Assembly (NCBI RefSeq): GCF_900187275.1
Contig: NZ_LT906458.1
Location: forward strand, 1,560,001-1,592,000
Source: Pasteurella multocida
GTDB lineage: Bacteria; Pseudomonadota; Gammaproteobacteria; Enterobacterales; Pasteurellaceae
Direction: 5' to 3'
DNA length: 32,000 bases
In this document: one piece after another, positions 28,171-32,000 of the stretch
Layout of the letters: each line of letters begins with the position of its first letter
How positions within the stretch are numbered: position 1 is the stretch's first letter
Made by a program: the position numbers and the translations under genes
Notes under the pieces: generated by a model
The model's input: the letters and a program-made list of their open reading frames with translations, nothing else
Told to the model about the DNA's origin: nothing
The model's database searches: none

Positions 28171-29574
28171 CTACTGTTGTTCTGTCGTCGAAGCGTCACT
28201 CGAAGGAGCACTCTCTGTTGTTTCCTCAACTAACGCCTTATCCACGGAAAGTTCGATCTTTTTAACATCTTGTGAAGGGCGATCCAGTAGTTTATCCAAC
28301 GCATTTAAACTCTGTAATTGAGAAGGTACATCCACATAGATAGATTGCTCCGCTAATTCATCTAGTGTTTTCAAGAAATTCTGCGCCACTTCAGAGTTAG
28401 TATCAAAATAACTTCTGATCCAAGATGCTACAGTTTCTAGTGATTGTTTATACAATTCATCTTGTTGACGTGGTACCGCCATAATGGCAATTTGCAAACG
28501 TAATCGGATATTTTCACGTAAATAAATATCCTGATTCGGGGCTAATAGCACCTTATCACTCGTATTTCTTGGTGTAATGCGAATAAAGTGATTTAAGAAA
28601 GAAGTCGCGCTTTTTTCGGCGTTTTCTTTCCAATCATCCAACGAATCAGTAAGTTTTTCATTATTGTTCACCGCATCAAAATTCACATCTAATACAGTCA
28701 ACTCATCAATAGTATTAGCCAGCTGTGATAAACGTTGCATGATCACATTCTGATCGACATTATTCACTGCAAGTAATTGTTTTAAATCATTATTGATCGC
28801 GGTCCTAACCATGCTAACACGCGGATCTGACATTTTTTCCAAAGTTTCATCCGCAATCTTGAGTAAGGAAACACCTGTATCCACATCGTTATCTAAAACT
28901 AACTTGCGTAATGCATTATTTAGTAAGAAATCTGCTTCTGATAATAACCAATCATTTGGCTGTTGTTGTTTCGCGGCAGCACTCATGCGGTTTACTTGAT
29001 TTTGCAATGCAGAAAGAGAATGCTCTTTGCCTGCAAGCTCTTTTTCTAACTGTTGTAATTTTTCTTCATTATCACGTATGGAACGCATTAATTGGGCAAT
29101 TTGCTGACGCTCTTGCTCAAACGTCGGAAGGTCCACTTTTGCGGGTGTGATATTGGCTGTTTGCTGTTCAAGAGCGCTGAGTTTATGTTGAATATGATCC
29201 ACTTGTTGTAAACCAAAGTAATAACCTGCCGCACCAAGACCAAGCGCAACTAACAGCGCCAGTAACGCTAAACCAGTGCCACCACCTTTCTTCACCACAA
29301 CTGTTTCGGCGGTGTTTTTTGATTCAGCACGCGCTTGCTTATCAGGTTCTTTTTTGACACTTTCTTTCATCTCATCTCGCATTTTGCCTGCATCCTTTTT
29401 CTCTGGCACCTCGTTTTTTGCGGTTTCCGTCTGCGTAGCAGGCGCATCTTGTGCAACCGCCTGTTCTTTTGGATCTACCGTGACTTTTCCACTGGTCTTT
29501 TTCTTATCGACTGTACTTCCCTCATTTTTTGGTACAGTACTGCTTTCAGAAGAGGTTATTTTATTTTCAGCCAT
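28171..29574 (-). CDS. hemX: HemX (uroporphyrinogen-III C-methyltransferase-like membrane protein)
   Basis: ORF track opens at 29598; M9 (29574) is preceded by an AAGG Shine-Dalgarno. One TM plus coiled coil and a conserved C-terminal domain, in the hemCDXY context. Confidence 0.88.
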   Translation of the reverse strand: MAENKITSSESSTVPKNEGSTVDKKKTSGKVTVDPKEQAVAQDAPATQTETAKNEVPEKKDAGKMRDEMKESVKKEPDKQARAESKNTAETVVVKKGGGTGLALLALLVALGLGAAGYYFGLQQVDHIQHKLSALEQQTANITPAKVDLPTFEQERQQIAQLMRSIRDNEEKLQQLEKELAGKEHSLSALQNQVNRMSAAAKQQQPNDWLLSEADFLLNNALRKLVLDNDVDTGVSLLKIADETLEKMSDPRVSMVRTAINNDLKQLLAVNNVDQNVIMQRLSQLANTIDELTVLDVNFDAVNNNEKLTDSLDDWKENAEKSATSFLNHFIRITPRNTSDKVLLAPNQDIYLRENIRLRLQIAIMAVPRQQDELYKQSLETVASWIRSYFDTNSEVAQNFLKTLDELAEQSIYVDVPSQLQSLNALDKLLDRPSQDVKKIELSVDKALVEETTESAPSSDASTTEQQ

Positions 29575-29614
29575 AATACCCATTTCCTTTATGATCATTA
29601 GAATTCAACACTAG

Positions 29615-30361
29615 TTAGTCCGCAGACAGCAATGTTTTTAGTAAATGCACGTTATCTGCTCGCGGTGAAACCACCACATCACACCAACCCAATTGTTTGG
29701 CTAAATTGGCAATACGCTGACTTACCGTCACCAGCTGACAACTTTTTAGCCAATTATGTTCGCTTTCTGGAACAAAATCCACAAGATACTGCAAAATTTC
29801 TGCACTGCTAATCACAAGCCGATTAATTCCTGCACGCTTACAAATACTGATTTGCTCTGCATTATTGTAGGCAGTCGGTACACGCTGGTAACATTCGAGC
29901 GTCTCCACTTTAGCACCACGCAATTGTGCCTGTTCAGAAAAATACTCACGTCCCCCATTGCCGCGTAAAATTAAAATGTGCTTTTCTGACAAATCTTGCA
30001 TGGCATCCAGTGCCAATAATCCTTCGCTACTTTCCTGTCGATAAGGATACAATACCGCACGTTCGATTTGACTGGCAAAAAATTCAGCACTGCGTTGTCC
30101 TACCGCAAAATAGGCTAAATCTGTTCGCCAAGAAAACCCTGTATTCTTTAACGTATCGACTGCATACTGAACAGCATGTTTTGAAACTGCAAAAACATAA
30201 TCACCCGCTTTAAGTTGCGACAGTTTATTCGGCAAGTCATTCAATTCTCGTCCTGTTTCGATCGTAAAGAGCGGTAAATGGATTGCAAAAATCCCCGCTT
30301 GAATCAACATCTCTGTTAACTGTGCGCCTCGCACATCAGGTCGAGTGACTAATACCGCCAT
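29615..30361 (-). CDS. hemD: Uroporphyrinogen-III synthase
   Basis: Likely start is M19 of the tracked ORF (MAVLVTRPDVRGAQLTEML). HILILRGNGGREYF; follows hemC. Confidence 0.92.
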   Translation of the reverse strand: MAVLVTRPDVRGAQLTEMLIQAGIFAIHLPLFTIETGRELNDLPNKLSQLKAGDYVFAVSKHAVQYAVDTLKNTGFSWRTDLAYFAVGQRSAEFFASQIERAVLYPYRQESSEGLLALDAMQDLSEKHILILRGNGGREYFSEQAQLRGAKVETLECYQRVPTAYNNAEQISICKRAGINRLVISSAEILQYLVDFVPESEHNWLKSCQLVTVSQRIANLAKQLGWCDVVVSPRADNVHLLKTLLSAD

Positions 30362-30377
30362 TTTATTCTTCCCTTCC

Positions 30378-31304
30378 TTAGTTTGAATAAAGTGTTTGCA
30401 AGATTTTATCCGCACCTTGCTGTAAAAGTTTTTCTGCCACTTGAATACCTAATGTTTCGGCATCCGCAACCGCACTCCGTCCTTCTGCACGAAGTATACT
30501 GGAACCGTCTACTTCGCCCACTAAAGCACGCAAAAAGAGCTGTCCCTCTTCGATAATCGCATAACCTGCAATTGGCACCTGACATCCCCCTTGTAAATGC
30601 CGATTCATCGCACGTTCAGCCAATACACAAGCAGTCGTTTCTGGATCGGCTAAAGGGGCTAACAGCAGCTCAATTTCTGCCTCTTGACGACATTCAATGC
30701 CAACGGCACCTTGCCCTGCGGCAGGCAAACATTGTGTGACATCAATCAAAGAGGTGATACGTTGTTGTTGCCCTAAACGTATAAGCCCCGCGGCAGCCAG
30801 AATAATCGCATCATAATCGCCGTTATCTAATTTTGCTAAGCGAGTCCCAACATTGCCACGTAGTGAATGAATGTGTAGATCAGGACGTAACTGCTTTAAC
30901 TGACATTGGCGACGTAAGCTAGAGGTGCCCACCACCGCACCAGCAGGTAATTCCATGAGAGTGCGGTATGAATTTGATACAAATGCATCACGCGGATCTT
31001 CACGTTGACAAATGGTGCTAAGCATTAATCCTGCTGGAAACTGCATAGGGACATCTTTCATCGAATGTACGGCAATATCGGCTTCGCCCTTTAATAAAGC
31101 TTGTTCTAACTCTTTCACAAAGAGTCCTTTTCCTCCAATTTTAGCCAGTGGCGTATCTAAAATCACATCCCCTTTTGTCACCATTGGGACAAGTTCGACC
31201 ACTAATCCAGCATGGATTTTTTCTAAACAGGCTTTCACATAGTTCGCTTGCCACAATGCAAGCGGGCTCTGACGCGTAGCGATTCTCAAGCTTTTTCTTG
31301 TCAT
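30378..31304 (-). CDS. hemC: Porphobilinogen deaminase (hydroxymethylbilane synthase)
   Basis: [60 protein letters not shown]. The tracked ORF opens 12 nt upstream. Confidence 0.97.
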   Translation of the reverse strand: MTRKSLRIATRQSPLALWQANYVKACLEKIHAGLVVELVPMVTKGDVILDTPLAKIGGKGLFVKELEQALLKGEADIAVHSMKDVPMQFPAGLMLSTICQREDPRDAFVSNSYRTLMELPAGAVVGTSSLRRQCQLKQLRPDLHIHSLRGNVGTRLAKLDNGDYDAIILAAAGLIRLGQQQRITSLIDVTQCLPAAGQGAVGIECRQEAEIELLLAPLADPETTACVLAERAMNRHLQGGCQVPIAGYAIIEEGQLFLRALVGEVDGSSILRAEGRSAVADAETLGIQVAEKLLQQGADKILQTLYSN

Positions 31305-31446
31305 CATCACAACCATTTTAGGCAGAATAATTTGCTCCTATCCTAACATTGTTGGGTTTAAATGTCAGTTTCCATTTAAATTTTTTGCTTTCAGTTATAC
31401 CAAGTGTTAGAGTACTTAGGTGGAGCGAATCTCATCATATCTGTGA

Positions 31447-32000
31447 GTGGAATATCATTTGAATTACGATCTCTTTAGTGCCCAAAAGAAAGTGGAGTAT
31501 TTAGATAAGCTACGTATTGAGCGCGCATTATCTGGTTCTTCTGGCGAATTTCAGCACGTTTTTCAGTTACTTACGTTGTTGTTACATATTAACCACCCTA
31601 ATCTGCCCGGCTACGTTGCTGACGCGCCTGTAGGGATTGCTGACTTTGTGATTTCCCCCTACCAAAAACAATATCTGCTCACAACCGTGCCGAGCTTAGA
31701 GGCTAATCAGTCGCTGCTCCCGTCCTTCTCTTACCGTAGTACCAATGCCATTTTAGGTGTCTATGTGATGGGCAGTATTGCCTCTATTTCACAAACACCA
31801 AAATCGGATCTAGATACTTGGGTCTGCCATCGTGATGATTTAAGTACAAAAGAAAAAGAAGCCTTACAACGTAAAACACATTTATTAAAAAATTGGGCGA
31901 AACAATTCAACATTGAAATCAATTTTTATTTAATGGATCAAAAGCGGTTCCGTTGTTTCCGTTATGCGGAACCGTTAACAGCAGAAAACTGCGGTTCAGC
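31447..32000 (+). CDS. cyaA: Class I adenylate cyclase, N-terminal part (3' truncated), GTG or downstream TTG start
   Basis: Frame 31447 reads (M)EYHLNYDLFSAQKKVEYLDKLRIERALSG...LGVYVMGSIASISQTPKSDLDTWVCHRDDL...FNIEINFYLMDQKRFRCFRYAEPL; divergent from hemC as in gamma-proteobacteria. Confidence 0.9.
   Translation, partial: MEYHLNYDLFSAQKKVEYLDKLRIERALSGSSGEFQHVFQLLTLLLHINHPNLPGYVADAPVGIADFVISPYQKQYLLTTVPSLEANQSLLPSFSYRSTNAILGVYVMGSIASISQTPKSDLDTWVCHRDDLSTKEKEALQRKTHLLKNWAKQFNIEINFYLMDQKRFRCFRYAEPLTAENCGS

Overview
Pasteurellaceae-type chromosome segment, judged from several AAGTGCGGT uptake signal sequences and the family's housekeeping genes. Left flank: hemN 3' end, nfsB-like nitroreductase, a HipA/HipB-like pair in hipA-then-hipB order, anmK, mutS. 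Right flank: recA with a LexA-boxed promoter, recX, hemY-hemX-hemD-hemC, and a divergent cyaA 5' part. Between mutS and recA is an ~18 kb, 13-ORF, tightly packed minus-strand cluster (about 24859 down to 6757) ending at a strong terminator. In transcription order it encodes: SrfA-like membrane protein, SrfB-like actin/Hsp70-fold protein, SrfC-like dynamin/GTPase-type protein (interrupted by one in-frame TAG), a one-TM protein with a TPR/Sel1-like tail, an exported PpkA-like VWA protein, a MacB/LolD-type ABC ATPase, an FtsX-type permease, an exported SUMF1/FGE-fold protein with coiled-coil tail, two lipoproteins, and two paralogous one-TM VWA proteins. SrfABC is already named, so the novelty candidate is the extended cluster. 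It looks like one multi-component envelope machine, in which SrfA and the two VWA proteins share the same N-terminal module/TM/Pro-rich stalk layout. All family assignments come from motif reading and recall; no database search was run.
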